Origin: Myxococcota bacterium
Lineage (GTDB): Bacteria; Myxococcota; XYA12-FULL-58-9; JALHOP01
NCBI GenBank assembly: GCA_041288095.1
Contig: JBGGMJ010000202.1
Location: 1 to 14,410, forward strand
Direction of reading: 5' to 3'
DNA: 14,410 nt
Shown: positions 1 through 7,406 of the stretch, piece by piece
Layout: every line of letters begins with the position of its first letter
Numbering within the stretch: the stretch's first letter is position 1
Notes under the pieces: generated by a model
What the model was told of the DNA's origin: nothing
The model's database searches: none
The model's input: the letters and a program-made list of their open reading frames with translations, nothing else
Position numbers and translations under genes: made by a program

Positions 1-202
1 GGCGCAACCACAACGCCCGTGACAGCCCCGGGAACCGTTCCGCGAAGGCCGCCGTCAACGGATGCTCGCGCCCCCAGCTCTGCCAGCGCGGCCAGCGCGC
101 GCGACACGCCCTGCTCGTCGTTTTCGCAATGCGCCAGAGCAAGAGCTCTAGCGCCCAGAGAATGAGCAAGCCAACACCGAGCTCGAATCCCAAGCGCAGC
201 AT
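1..202 (-). CDS. Partial (3'-truncated) membrane protein, possibly PAP2-family-like N-terminus
   Basis: Hand-translated frame from ATG at 202 (in-frame GTG at 205) stays open to the window edge: MLRLGFELGVGLLILWALELLLWRIAKTTSRACRARWPRWQSWGREHPLTAAFAERFPGLSRALWLR. Hydrophobic N-terminal helix; starts 6-9 nt after the upstream stop. The family guess is weak. Confidence 0.6.
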   Translation of the reverse strand, partial: MLRLGFELGVGLLILWALELLLWRIAKTTSRACRARWPRWQSWGREHPLTAAFAERFPGLSRALWLR

Positions 203-211
203 CACGCCAAT

Positions 212-1162
212 CTAATTCTCCAAAGCGCCGGCGTTAATCCAATCCTCGACCATTTCGATCAACGGATCGCTGAGCGCCGGCAGGTTTCGCGGCATGCGCA
301 GGCCACACGTGCCGACCGCACAACCCGGCGCCGTATCCATCGTGCCCCGGAGCTTCCGCACCAGGAAGCTCGCCCCGATGTTGTTGGGCTCGACATAGTC
401 GAGGGTCGTCGGATTGGTGATGACCGGCACATTGACCAAGTTGTCGTACAGGTCGGCGATGGGCACGTCGGGTCCGAGCTCCAAACCGGCCGAGGGCGAG
501 CCCGTGTCGTGGCAGCCCGCGCAGTGCACATCGAAGATCTGCTCACGGATCTCCGTGAGCGTCGGCGCCGGCGGATCCATGTCCATGTCGCCCGGCATCA
601 TGTCGCCGTCGCCATCGCCCGGCATGGTGTCGCCACCGTCGCCGTCACCGCCCGCGCCTTCGCCGTCGTCGACGGGTGCGCCGTCGTCGAGCTGGAGGTC
701 ATCGACGTCGTCGAGACCGTCGATCCAGGTGAGCAGGCAGCGCTTGTCGGCCGACGAGAGGCCGGCGCCGGTCGGTGGCATCTTGTGGTACGTGCAGCCG
801 TCGATCTCGTCGTTCAAGTAGCGATACAGCGTGCTCGCCTCTGGGTTCGCGGGATCGACTAGCAGCTCTTCGGGGCACGCGCCGATGAGCTGCGAGAAGC
901 GGCCGCCGATGTTCCCAGAGCTCAGATCCAGCGCGGCGCCAATGCCGTTGTCCTTGCTCAAGTGGCACTGCTTGCAACGCGACGAGGTCAAAAAGCGCGG
1001 CGGTTCGTCGTCACCAAAACACGAGCGCAAGGTGCTCGCACCCAACCGGTAACGCTCCACATCGTCGAGCTCGCCGGCGCAGCTCCAAACGATGACGGTC
1101 GTAAGGGCTGTGAGGACAGCGCCAATGGCTATGCGAGGACCGGTAATGCGCCCTGCCGTCAT
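212..1162 (-). CDS. Diheme c-type cytochrome lipoprotein (two cytochrome c domains joined by an acidic linker)
   Basis: Signal peptide with lipobox-like VWSC; CKQCH (962-976) and CAGCH (509-523), each followed by a K/R-M-P axial-Met motif and a terminal WI helix; ATGA overlap with the upstream gene. Confidence 0.85.
   Translation of the reverse strand: MTAGRITGPRIAIGAVLTALTTVIVWSCAGELDDVERYRLGASTLRSCFGDDEPPRFLTSSRCKQCHLSKDNGIGAALDLSSGNIGGRFSQLIGACPEELLVDPANPEASTLYRYLNDEIDGCTYHKMPPTGAGLSSADKRCLLTWIDGLDDVDDLQLDDGAPVDDGEGAGGDGDGGDTMPGDGDGDMMPGDMDMDPPAPTLTEIREQIFDVHCAGCHDTGSPSAGLELGPDVPIADLYDNLVNVPVITNPTTLDYVEPNNIGASFLVRKLRGTMDTAPGCAVGTCGLRMPRNLPALSDPLIEMVEDWINAGALEN
577..651 (-). repeat. Low-complexity Gly/Asp coding repeat (GGDGDGGDTMPGDGDGDMMPGDMDM)
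   Basis: Repeated gtcgcc units and two copies of tcgcccggcat in the interdomain linker. Confidence 0.7.
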
Positions 1163-2838
1163 TGGTCGTTTCCTCCCATCAGGTAAACGATGCTCAGGCT
1201 CGCGGTCAGATACTGATCGAGAGCTCCACCAGCCACGTAGGTGTCACTGACCTCGGGCTGCATACTGTAGAAGTACCGCACGTAGCGCACCGTTCCGTCT
1301 AGTGCGAACGACTTGCCGAGCGACAGGCCGAGCGTGATGTGGCCATCGATGCCGCCGGTCTTGGAGTTCGGGAAATAGTCGTTGGTGACCCGGCCGCCGG
1401 AAAAAACGCTTCGATAACCGAGACCTGCGGCAACATCGAGGACCGAGAACGGGAACCTGACGTCAGCGCCGTAGCGCAAGAAGCCATAGCGAACGTCCGG
1501 CACCTCGAAGGCGCGCTGGTCGGCAATGTCAGCAAATTCGAAGCGGTAGTTCGAAAAGCCATACGTGAGCTGAGGTCCGACCGCGAACTTCTTGGCCACC
1601 CGGAAACGAGAGTGCAGTCCGACCTGCCACGTGCTCCACTCGTTGTTCACACGCACGTCGGCGTCGGAGCTCACCGTACGGAACGATGACTGCACCCCGA
1701 AGGCGCGGGCGTAGGTCGCGTACCAACCGATGTTCTTGAGGATGGCGACACTGGTGTTGGCGAAGGGATAAGCCTCGAGCTCCATCACCGCCAGCGGCGC
1801 CAAGCCGACCGAGTAGTCGCGCAGGTTCGCGGTGATCGGCTGGTTGTAGGCGAACTCGCGGTGGGCGCCTTCGATGCCAACCTTGACGATGAACGGCGCG
1901 CGCATGCGGCGGTCAAAGAGGTGGACGCGCGGGCCCCGGTCTTCCTCGACGATGACCATGACTTCGGTTTCTCGCGCGGGCTGTGCAGCCTCGTCGTCGC
2001 CCGCCTTGTCGTTGTCCTCGCTGGCCGAGCTCACCGGGGGTGCGGCTCCCGGCTTGGTCGGCGCCTGGCCGCTGCGGGCCGCTTCGAAGTTCGCGATGGC
2101 GTCGCCCAAGCTCATGCCGCCGCCGCTTCCCGACGGTTGCGCCGGCTGCTGGCCTGGTGCTGTCTGACCACCGCGCGGCATTGCCTGCAAATCGTCGAGG
2201 CCGGGCTGAACGAGCTCCGAGACGTTGGCTAGCTGCCAGGACAAGGTGGCCCTGCCGCCGCGCTTGACGACGCGCGTGACCGGAACGCTGCCGTCGACGA
2301 ACACACGTCCGCTTTTGTGGACAAACAGAACGGCGGCCGTATAGCCCTGGCTGGCGCTGCCTCCGACGTTCGCGTAAACGACCGCGTCGACCCCCGCCTT
2401 CTTGCCGACCCGCTTCATCGCCTTGACTAGGTCGCTCTGGCGTTGCGGACGGCCGAAGATGCGCTGATCCGTGGAGCTCACCGAGGCACGCACGGTGGAC
2501 GGCACGGCGATCGCCACGCGATTCGCCAGAGACTGCTTGAGCGCGGCGTCGAGGTCGCGAGCGTTCGTGCCTTCGACGATGATGGCGATGCTGAGCGGCC
2601 CGGTGTCCGCTGGAACGGGCGCAGCCGCGGGCGTGACCGGCGCGGGCGTCGGTTCACTCAACGGCTGGAGAATCGGCGCGGGCTCTCGCGGTGCGGCGGC
2701 TGCGGGCCTTCTGGCCGGCCTCTTGCTGCGCGCCTTCTTTTTGGCGGCGAGCCCATCGGAGCTCGCGGCCATGACCGCGATGGCAGACAAAACGGCGATC
2801 CATGCGCCGTACCTGCGTGTCAGCCTTCCCGACACCAC
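1159..2838 (-). CDS. Exported protein with N-terminal alpha/beta domain and C-terminal outer-membrane beta-barrel
   Basis: AGGAG RBS before the GTG start; Sec-type signal peptide; Pro/Ala and Gly/Gln linkers; last ~250 aa show about 10 amphipathic, aromatic-rich strands (IGWYATYARAF, WQVGLHSRF, LRYGADVRF, LDGTVRYVRY, YLTASLSIVY). Confidence 0.75.
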   Translation of the reverse strand: MVSGRLTRRYGAWIAVLSAIAVMAASSDGLAAKKKARSKRPARRPAAAAPREPAPILQPLSEPTPAPVTPAAAPVPADTGPLSIAIIVEGTNARDLDAALKQSLANRVAIAVPSTVRASVSSTDQRIFGRPQRQSDLVKAMKRVGKKAGVDAVVYANVGGSASQGYTAAVLFVHKSGRVFVDGSVPVTRVVKRGGRATLSWQLANVSELVQPGLDDLQAMPRGGQTAPGQQPAQPSGSGGGMSLGDAIANFEAARSGQAPTKPGAAPPVSSASEDNDKAGDDEAAQPARETEVMVIVEEDRGPRVHLFDRRMRAPFIVKVGIEGAHREFAYNQPITANLRDYSVGLAPLAVMELEAYPFANTSVAILKNIGWYATYARAFGVQSSFRTVSSDADVRVNNEWSTWQVGLHSRFRVAKKFAVGPQLTYGFSNYRFEFADIADQRAFEVPDVRYGFLRYGADVRFPFSVLDVAAGLGYRSVFSGGRVTNDYFPNSKTGGIDGHITLGLSLGKSFALDGTVRYVRYFYSMQPEVSDTYVAGGALDQYLTASLSIVYLMGGNDQ

Positions 2839-2856
2839 GTCGCACTACTCCTGAAG

Positions 2857-2877
2857 GGGAATGATTCCCGCAGTGTA
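2857..2877 (-). promoter_or_regulatory. Candidate -10 element (TACACT) followed by a 13-bp palindrome GGGAAT-N-ATTCCC
   Basis: TACACT on the - strand at 2877-2872; perfect palindrome at 2857-2869, just upstream of the barrel gene RBS. No good -35 found. Confidence 0.35.
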
Positions 2878-2914
2878 GCGCGACGGGGCCGGCAATGCTC
2901 GACCTTTCTCGTAC

Positions 2915-3268
2915 TTAGGCCGCGACCGCGAGCCGGTTTGCGACGTAGTCCGAGATCAACTGGCGATCGGATTCGGCGATGCGAACGAAACGAACGGCGA
3001 CGCCTTCGCGCGCGCGGGCGTCGTCCTCACGCACGACCTCGCCGACCGCCCAGATGACCTCGTCACACTCGGGCAGCTTGATCTCGAGACCGATGTGGCC
3101 GTTCGCGTCGAGCTCGGGCTCGAGCAGCTTGAACAGGTACAACCCGCTCTCGGAGATGTCGCGCACACGCGCCATATGTGGCTCGTCGCCGACGATCTTG
3201 TTCACGTAGATATCGAGATCGGTACGACGATGGCGACGCGTCAAAGCCTGGACAGTGCTCGTCTTCAT
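2915..3268 (-). CDS. Stand-alone PilZ domain protein (putative c-di-GMP receptor)
   Basis: RxxxR motif (RRHRR) and DxSxxG motif (DISESG), plus typical C-terminal GEVVR...GVAVRF; GGAGG RBS before ATG. Confidence 0.9.
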   Translation of the reverse strand: MKTSTVQALTRRHRRTDLDIYVNKIVGDEPHMARVRDISESGLYLFKLLEPELDANGHIGLEIKLPECDEVIWAVGEVVREDDARAREGVAVRFVRIAESDRQLISDYVANRLAVAA

Positions 3269-3291
3269 GAGACCCTCCGTACGTTTGCGGC

Positions 3292-3319
3292 CGGAGTGGT
3301 ATCGCGCAACACCACCCCG
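3292..3319 (-). other. 5'-UTR stem-loop of the PilZ transcript
   Basis: CGGGGUGGUGUU-GCGC-GAUACCACUCCG: 12-bp stem including 3 G-U pairs, between the predicted transcription start and the RBS. Confidence 0.5.
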
Positions 3320-3328
3320 TCTTTATGC

Positions 3329-3357
3329 ACGGTAAGGTCCATGACCCCTGGGGTCAA
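3329..3357 (-). promoter_or_regulatory. Sigma70-type promoter of the PilZ gene with overlapping palindromic operator
   Basis: TTGACC (3357-3352)-N17-TACCGT (3334-3329); perfect palindrome TGACCCC-N-GGGGTCA at 3342-3356; A/T tracts upstream (to 3384). Confidence 0.6.
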
Positions 3358-3485
3358 AAATCCGGCGCGGTTTTTAACGAAAAAGTACGCCACAGCGGTC
3401 ACCCTCCCCATCGCCTCGAACACCGAGGTCGGGTATCGGTCGCGACCCGCCGGGTGTTGTGCCAAGCTGTCACTTGCCCGGAATG

Positions 3486-4202
3486 TCAGGCGTTACTGGC
3501 GGCCCTGAGGTGGCTCACCGGCGGCTCGGCGTCGAACGCCGTGTCGACGAGATCGGCGAAGATCTTCGCCACGGCGACGTGCTTGTAGCGCTCGCAGCGG
3601 TTCGCGAAAAACGCCACCCGGTGCACCAGGTTGACGCGTGGCATGGTCTCGGCCATCTCCGTGCGGTAGCGCTTGCATACCTTCACGATGACCTTGCGAC
3701 CCTCGCGCGGCAGCACCTGGATGGCCTCGCTGAACATGAGCTTGCCATCGTAAGGGACGAGACGCGCCTCGAGGATGTCGCCCGACTCGAGCCCCGCCGG
3801 CTTGCGGCGCTCGTAGACCTGGACCTTCGCGGTCTTCTTGTTGGTGTCGAGCAGATCGACGAGCGACATTTGCTCGTCCTTGGCGCGCTTGAACTCGAAG
3901 AGCGACGGTCGCGTGACCGCGAAGCCTTGGACGCGCGCGAGCTCTTCTTGATTGGCGCCCGCGAGCTCCGCCGCCTTCTTCTCGATGTAGACATCGACGG
4001 GGCGTTTGCCACCGGCCGCTTTGGCGGGTCGATCGAGGACATACCACTCGAGAAATGCCGCGATGCGCCGCTCGAAGGCGCCGTCACTCTCGAATAGGTC
4101 GCCGGTGCGATGCAGGAACTCGGCCTTCGCCTCTTGCAGCTCCTCGGCTAGCTGAGCTTCCGAGGCGAACCGCACCACTTGCTCGTAAAGACCGTGAAAC
4201 AT
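3486..4202 (-). CDS. Hypothetical cytoplasmic protein (238 aa)
   Basis: Protein-like composition and high GC3; lies 25 nt after the pyrC stop; motifs FLEWYVLDR and GDILEARLVP; no function recognised. Confidence 0.8.
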   Translation of the reverse strand: MFHGLYEQVVRFASEAQLAEELQEAKAEFLHRTGDLFESDGAFERRIAAFLEWYVLDRPAKAAGGKRPVDVYIEKKAAELAGANQEELARVQGFAVTRPSLFEFKRAKDEQMSLVDLLDTNKKTAKVQVYERRKPAGLESGDILEARLVPYDGKLMFSEAIQVLPREGRKVIVKVCKRYRTEMAETMPRVNLVHRVAFFANRCERYKHVAVAKIFADLVDTAFDAEPPVSHLRAASNA

Positions 4203-4227
4203 GAAGCGCTTGGCAGCCCCGATGAAC

Positions 4228-5520
4228 TTACGCGTTTTGACGTTTGTACACTACGCGGCCGCGAACCACCGTGCATTCGACCCGGCCCCGCAACGTTCGT
4301 CCAACGAACGGCGAGTTAATGCATTTGCTCAAAAGCGTCTCGCGCGCAAGCAGCCACTCCGAATCGGGAGCCACGACGGTGAGGTCACCGGCCGCGAGAG
4401 CGCCGGCGCCTTGAGCATACGGGCCGAGAACGCGCGCTGGCCCGGTCGTGAGTCTGGCGACCAAGGTAGGCAGGTCGATGCGTTTCTCGGCGACCAGCGA
4501 CAAGCAAAGCGGCAGGAGCTGCTGCAGCGCGATGGCTCCCGGCTCGGCCTCGGTGAACGGCAGGTCCTTCTCGAGGACACTCTGCGGTGCGTGGTCCGAG
4601 GCGACGGCGTCGATGGTGCCGTCGACCAAACCCTCGATGAGCGCCTCGCGGTCACGGGCGCGGCGTAGCGGCGGCGACAGGCGCAGGCTGCTGTCGTAGG
4701 TCGCGAGCGCTTCATCGGTGAGCACGAGGTGGTGCACCGCGACGTCGCAGGTCACCTTGGTGCCGCGTTTCTTGGCGATGCGGAGCTGCTCGACCGCTTC
4801 AGCGGACGAAACGTGGGCGACGTGCAGGCTCGCGCCGGTGTAGGCCGCGAGCGCGAGGTCGCGCGCGATGGCGGTCTCCTCGGCGACGCTGGGAATCCCG
4901 CGTAGACCGAGCCGCACGGACATCGGCCCTTCGTGGGCGAGACCGTCGCGCGCGAGCGTCGGGTCCTCGGCGTGCGTCATCACCGTGAGGCCAAAATCGC
5001 TCGCGTATTCGAGGGCGCGGCGCATCAGTCCTGCATCGCGGACCCAGGCATCACCGTCCGAGAGAATGACGGCTCCGGCGCGACGCATCTCGCCGATGAA
5101 CGCGAGCTGCTCACCTTTCAAGCCGGCGGTGATGGCGCCCGCCACCAGGATCTTGGCGAGCCCCGCCGCTTCACCGCGCCGGCGCACGAAGTCGACGATC
5201 TCTCCGTTGTCGACCGGCGGCTTGGTGTCCGGCTGCGCGACCAGCGTGGTGATGCCCCCCGCGACCGCGGCCGTGGCGCCGCTCACGAGGTCCTCTTTGT
5301 ACTCCTGGCCGGGCTCCCGGAGGTGCGCCCGCAGGTCCACGAGCCCCGGCAGCACGAGCATGCCGGTGGCGTCGATGACCTCGTGGCTCTCGGGCTTGAT
5401 GCTCCCCGCGGGCTCGATGCGGGCCGCGGACGAGGCGACGTTTTCGACCAGGACGTCGCGTACGCCGTCGAGACCGGTCGCTGGGTCGATGACGCGGCCG
5501 TTCTTTACCAGGAGGCTCAT
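4228..5520 (-). CDS. pyrC: Dihydroorotase-family protein, probably inactive PyrC'-type ATCase partner subunit
   Basis: True start is ATG at 5520 ([13 protein letters not shown]), overlapping the pyrB stop as ATGA; motifs PGLVDLxxHLREPG, HAED, HVAHVS, PPLR, SDHAP, NSPF; several catalytic or substrate residues are substituted. Confidence 0.9.
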   Translation of the reverse strand: MSLLVKNGRVIDPATGLDGVRDVLVENVASSAARIEPAGSIKPESHEVIDATGMLVLPGLVDLRAHLREPGQEYKEDLVSGATAAVAGGITTLVAQPDTKPPVDNGEIVDFVRRRGEAAGLAKILVAGAITAGLKGEQLAFIGEMRRAGAVILSDGDAWVRDAGLMRRALEYASDFGLTVMTHAEDPTLARDGLAHEGPMSVRLGLRGIPSVAEETAIARDLALAAYTGASLHVAHVSSAEAVEQLRIAKKRGTKVTCDVAVHHLVLTDEALATYDSSLRLSPPLRRARDREALIEGLVDGTIDAVASDHAPQSVLEKDLPFTEAEPGAIALQQLLPLCLSLVAEKRIDLPTLVARLTTGPARVLGPYAQGAGALAAGDLTVVAPDSEWLLARETLLSKCINSPFVGRTLRGRVECTVVRGRVVYKRQNA

Positions 5521-6443
5521 GCCGCTTCGCCTCCGAGCACCAGGTAGAGCACCGCCGCGCGCACCGCGACGCCGTTCTCGACCTGATCGAGGATGACGCT
5601 GCGTGGCCCATCGACGACGTCGGACGAAAGCTCGACCCCGCGGTTCACTGGCCCCGGGTGCATGAGAATGGCTTCGGGCCGCGCTCGCGCCAGCACGCGC
5701 GCATTGATGCCGAACTCGATGGCGTACTCGCGCAACGACGGCAGCAACCCCGCGGTCATGCGCTCTTTCTGCAACCGCAGCGCCATGACCACGTGGGCGC
5801 CATCGACCGCCTGCGCGATGCTCGGCATGAGCTCGCAGCCGTAGGTCTCGACGAGCTCCGGCGGCACCAGCGTGCGTGGTCCGGCAACGCGGACACGCGC
5901 GCCGACCTCTTTCAAGGCGATGAGGTTCGACCGTGCGACACGCGAGTGCGCGATATCGCCGCAAATCGCGACCTCGAGACCCTCGAGCTTGCCGAAGCAT
6001 TGGCGCATCGTGAGCAGATCGAGCAGCGACTGGGTCGGGTGCTCGTGCTGGCCGTCTCCGGCGTTGATGACGCGGGCAGCGACGCGGTCGGCGATGTAGT
6101 GCGGCGCGCCCGACGCGGAGTGGCGCAAGATGATGGCGTCGCACTGCATGGCATCGAGGTTCTTGGCGGTGTCGAGGAGCGTCTCGCCCTTCTCCGCCGA
6201 GGAGCCGCTGCTCGCGATGTTGACGCTATCGGCCGACAGGCGTTTGGTCGCGAGCTCGAACGACACGCGCGTGCGGGTCGACGCCTCGTAAAAGACGCTG
6301 AGCACGGTGCGGCCTCGCAGCGAGGGCACCTTCTTGATGGTGCGGCGCGAAATGCCGCGAAAGCCCTCGGCGGCGTCGAGGATGTGATGGATGGTGCTCG
6401 CGGACATGCCGCGCATGCCGAGGAGGTGTTTGCCGGCGATCAT
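5517..6443 (-). CDS. pyrB: Aspartate carbamoyltransferase catalytic subunit
   Basis: [13 protein letters not shown] carbamoyl-phosphate motif, [36 protein letters not shown]. Confidence 0.97.
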   Translation of the reverse strand: MIAGKHLLGMRGMSASTIHHILDAAEGFRGISRRTIKKVPSLRGRTVLSVFYEASTRTRVSFELATKRLSADSVNIASSGSSAEKGETLLDTAKNLDAMQCDAIILRHSASGAPHYIADRVAARVINAGDGQHEHPTQSLLDLLTMRQCFGKLEGLEVAICGDIAHSRVARSNLIALKEVGARVRVAGPRTLVPPELVETYGCELMPSIAQAVDGAHVVMALRLQKERMTAGLLPSLREYAIEFGINARVLARARPEAILMHPGPVNRGVELSSDVVDGPRSVILDQVENGVAVRAAVLYLVLGGEAA

Positions 6444-6991
6444 GCGCGCCCCTTCTTGTGCACGCGCTCGCTAACCTCGACCTCGTCTTCGGCGGCGCCA
6501 CTCTCGGTCAGTCGGACGTCGACGCGCTCGTTGGCCGCGGTGGTCATGCGGTGCCCCACGAAGTCGGCGCTGATCGGTAGCTCACGCAGGCCGCGATCCA
6601 CCAGGACCGCGAGGCGCACGGCCCGTGGCCGGCCATAGTCGAGCATGACGTCGAGGGCGCTACGCACGGTGCGACCGGTGTAGAGCACGTCGTCGACCAG
6701 CACCACCGTGTAGTCACGCGGCGCGAAGAGAACATCGGTGGCGCCGATCTCCGGCCAATCGTTCGGCCCGAATCCATCATCACGGTAGAGCGTGATGTCG
6801 ACGAAACCGAGCACGACCTTGTCTTGCCCGACCTTCTTGCGCAGCCGCTCGGTGAGCCGACGTGCCAGGTGCTCGCCGCCGCGGCGGATGCCGACGATGG
6901 CCCAGGGCCCGTCCTCCGCGCGTCCGGCGATCTCGTCCGCCATCGCGTCCAGCGCCTTGGTGATTGCGGCTGCATCGAGGACGCGGGTCAT
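6440..6991 (-). CDS. pyrR: PyrR family pyrimidine regulatory protein / uracil phosphoribosyltransferase
   Basis: [18 protein letters not shown] loop [13 protein letters not shown], DRGxRELPI; ATG at 6991 overlaps the upstream TGA (TGATG) and has an AAGGA RBS. Confidence 0.93.
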   Translation of the reverse strand: MTRVLDAAAITKALDAMADEIAGRAEDGPWAIVGIRRGGEHLARRLTERLRKKVGQDKVVLGFVDITLYRDDGFGPNDWPEIGATDVLFAPRDYTVVLVDDVLYTGRTVRSALDVMLDYGRPRAVRLAVLVDRGLRELPISADFVGHRMTTAANERVDVRLTESGAAEDEVEVSERVHKKGRA

Positions 6992-7365
6992 CAAAAGTCC
7001 TTCAAGCGCTTGGCTTCGACTTGGATGATGAACGGCATGTACCTGGTGCGGTTCACGATCACGAAGGTGACCGGGATGACCACATGGACCTCGACCGTGA
7101 GCGACTCGCTCCCCGCCACCTGCTTCACCGCGACATCCGACCGCGTGAGCGTCAGGTCCGTTCGGTTCTTCACGTTGAAGAGGAACTGGTCGACCCCGTT
7201 CGCCTGGGTCTCGGGTTTCACGAGCTCGCTGTTGGCGAGCTGAATCGCTTCCTGCTTGATGCGGTAGTACTTCAAGGCCATGCGGCCGTACGCCAGGACG
7301 ACCACCGCGAGCGCGGCGCAGAGAGCGAGAAACACCAGCGTTCGCAAGCGGATGAAGCCGCGCAT
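6991..7365 (-). CDS. Small single-pass membrane protein, pilin/pseudopilin-like (DUF4845-like)
   Basis: From ATG 7365: MRG|FIRLRTLVFLALCAALAVVVLAYG, then an amphipathic helix and beta strands. Stop at 6991-6993 overlaps the pyrR start. In-frame TTG at 7392 is an alternative start. Confidence 0.7.
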   Translation of the reverse strand: MRGFIRLRTLVFLALCAALAVVVLAYGRMALKYYRIKQEAIQLANSELVKPETQANGVDQFLFNVKNRTDLTLTRSDVAVKQVAGSESLTVEVHVVIPVTFVIVNRTRYMPFIIQVEAKRLKDF

Positions 7366-7375
7366 GAGCTGACCC

Positions 7376-7406
7376 AGGGTTACGGCCTCCAAGGGCCCTG
7401 TGTCAA
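7376..7406 (-). promoter_or_regulatory. Candidate promoter of the pilin-like/pyrRBC operon
   Basis: Perfect TTGACA at 7406-7401 on the - strand; only a weak -10 (TAACCC) 18 nt downstream. Confidence 0.35.

Noticed and set aside
2803..2823. Twin-arginine (TRRYG) Tat signal in the barrel protein
   Set aside because: Lacks the RRxFLK consensus, and beta-barrels are normally Sec-exported.
3269..3330. Possible cyclic-dinucleotide (GEMM-I) riboswitch before the PilZ gene, suggested by a hairpin followed by GGCCGCAAA
   Set aside because: No GNRA loop and no recognisable second stem or tetraloop receptor; an Infernal scan would be needed to overturn this.
3447..3464. Sigma54 promoter candidate TGGCAC on the - strand
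   Set aside because: The -12 position reads GG, not GC (no GG-N10-GC).
3265..3465. 66-aa ORF upstream of the PilZ gene
   Set aside because: TTG start with no RBS; spans the predicted promoter and A/T tracts.
5521..6144. 208-aa N-terminal extension of PyrC in the ORF track
   Set aside because: Arg-rich off-frame reading of pyrB; the family N-terminus begins at ATG 5520 with an ATGA overlap.
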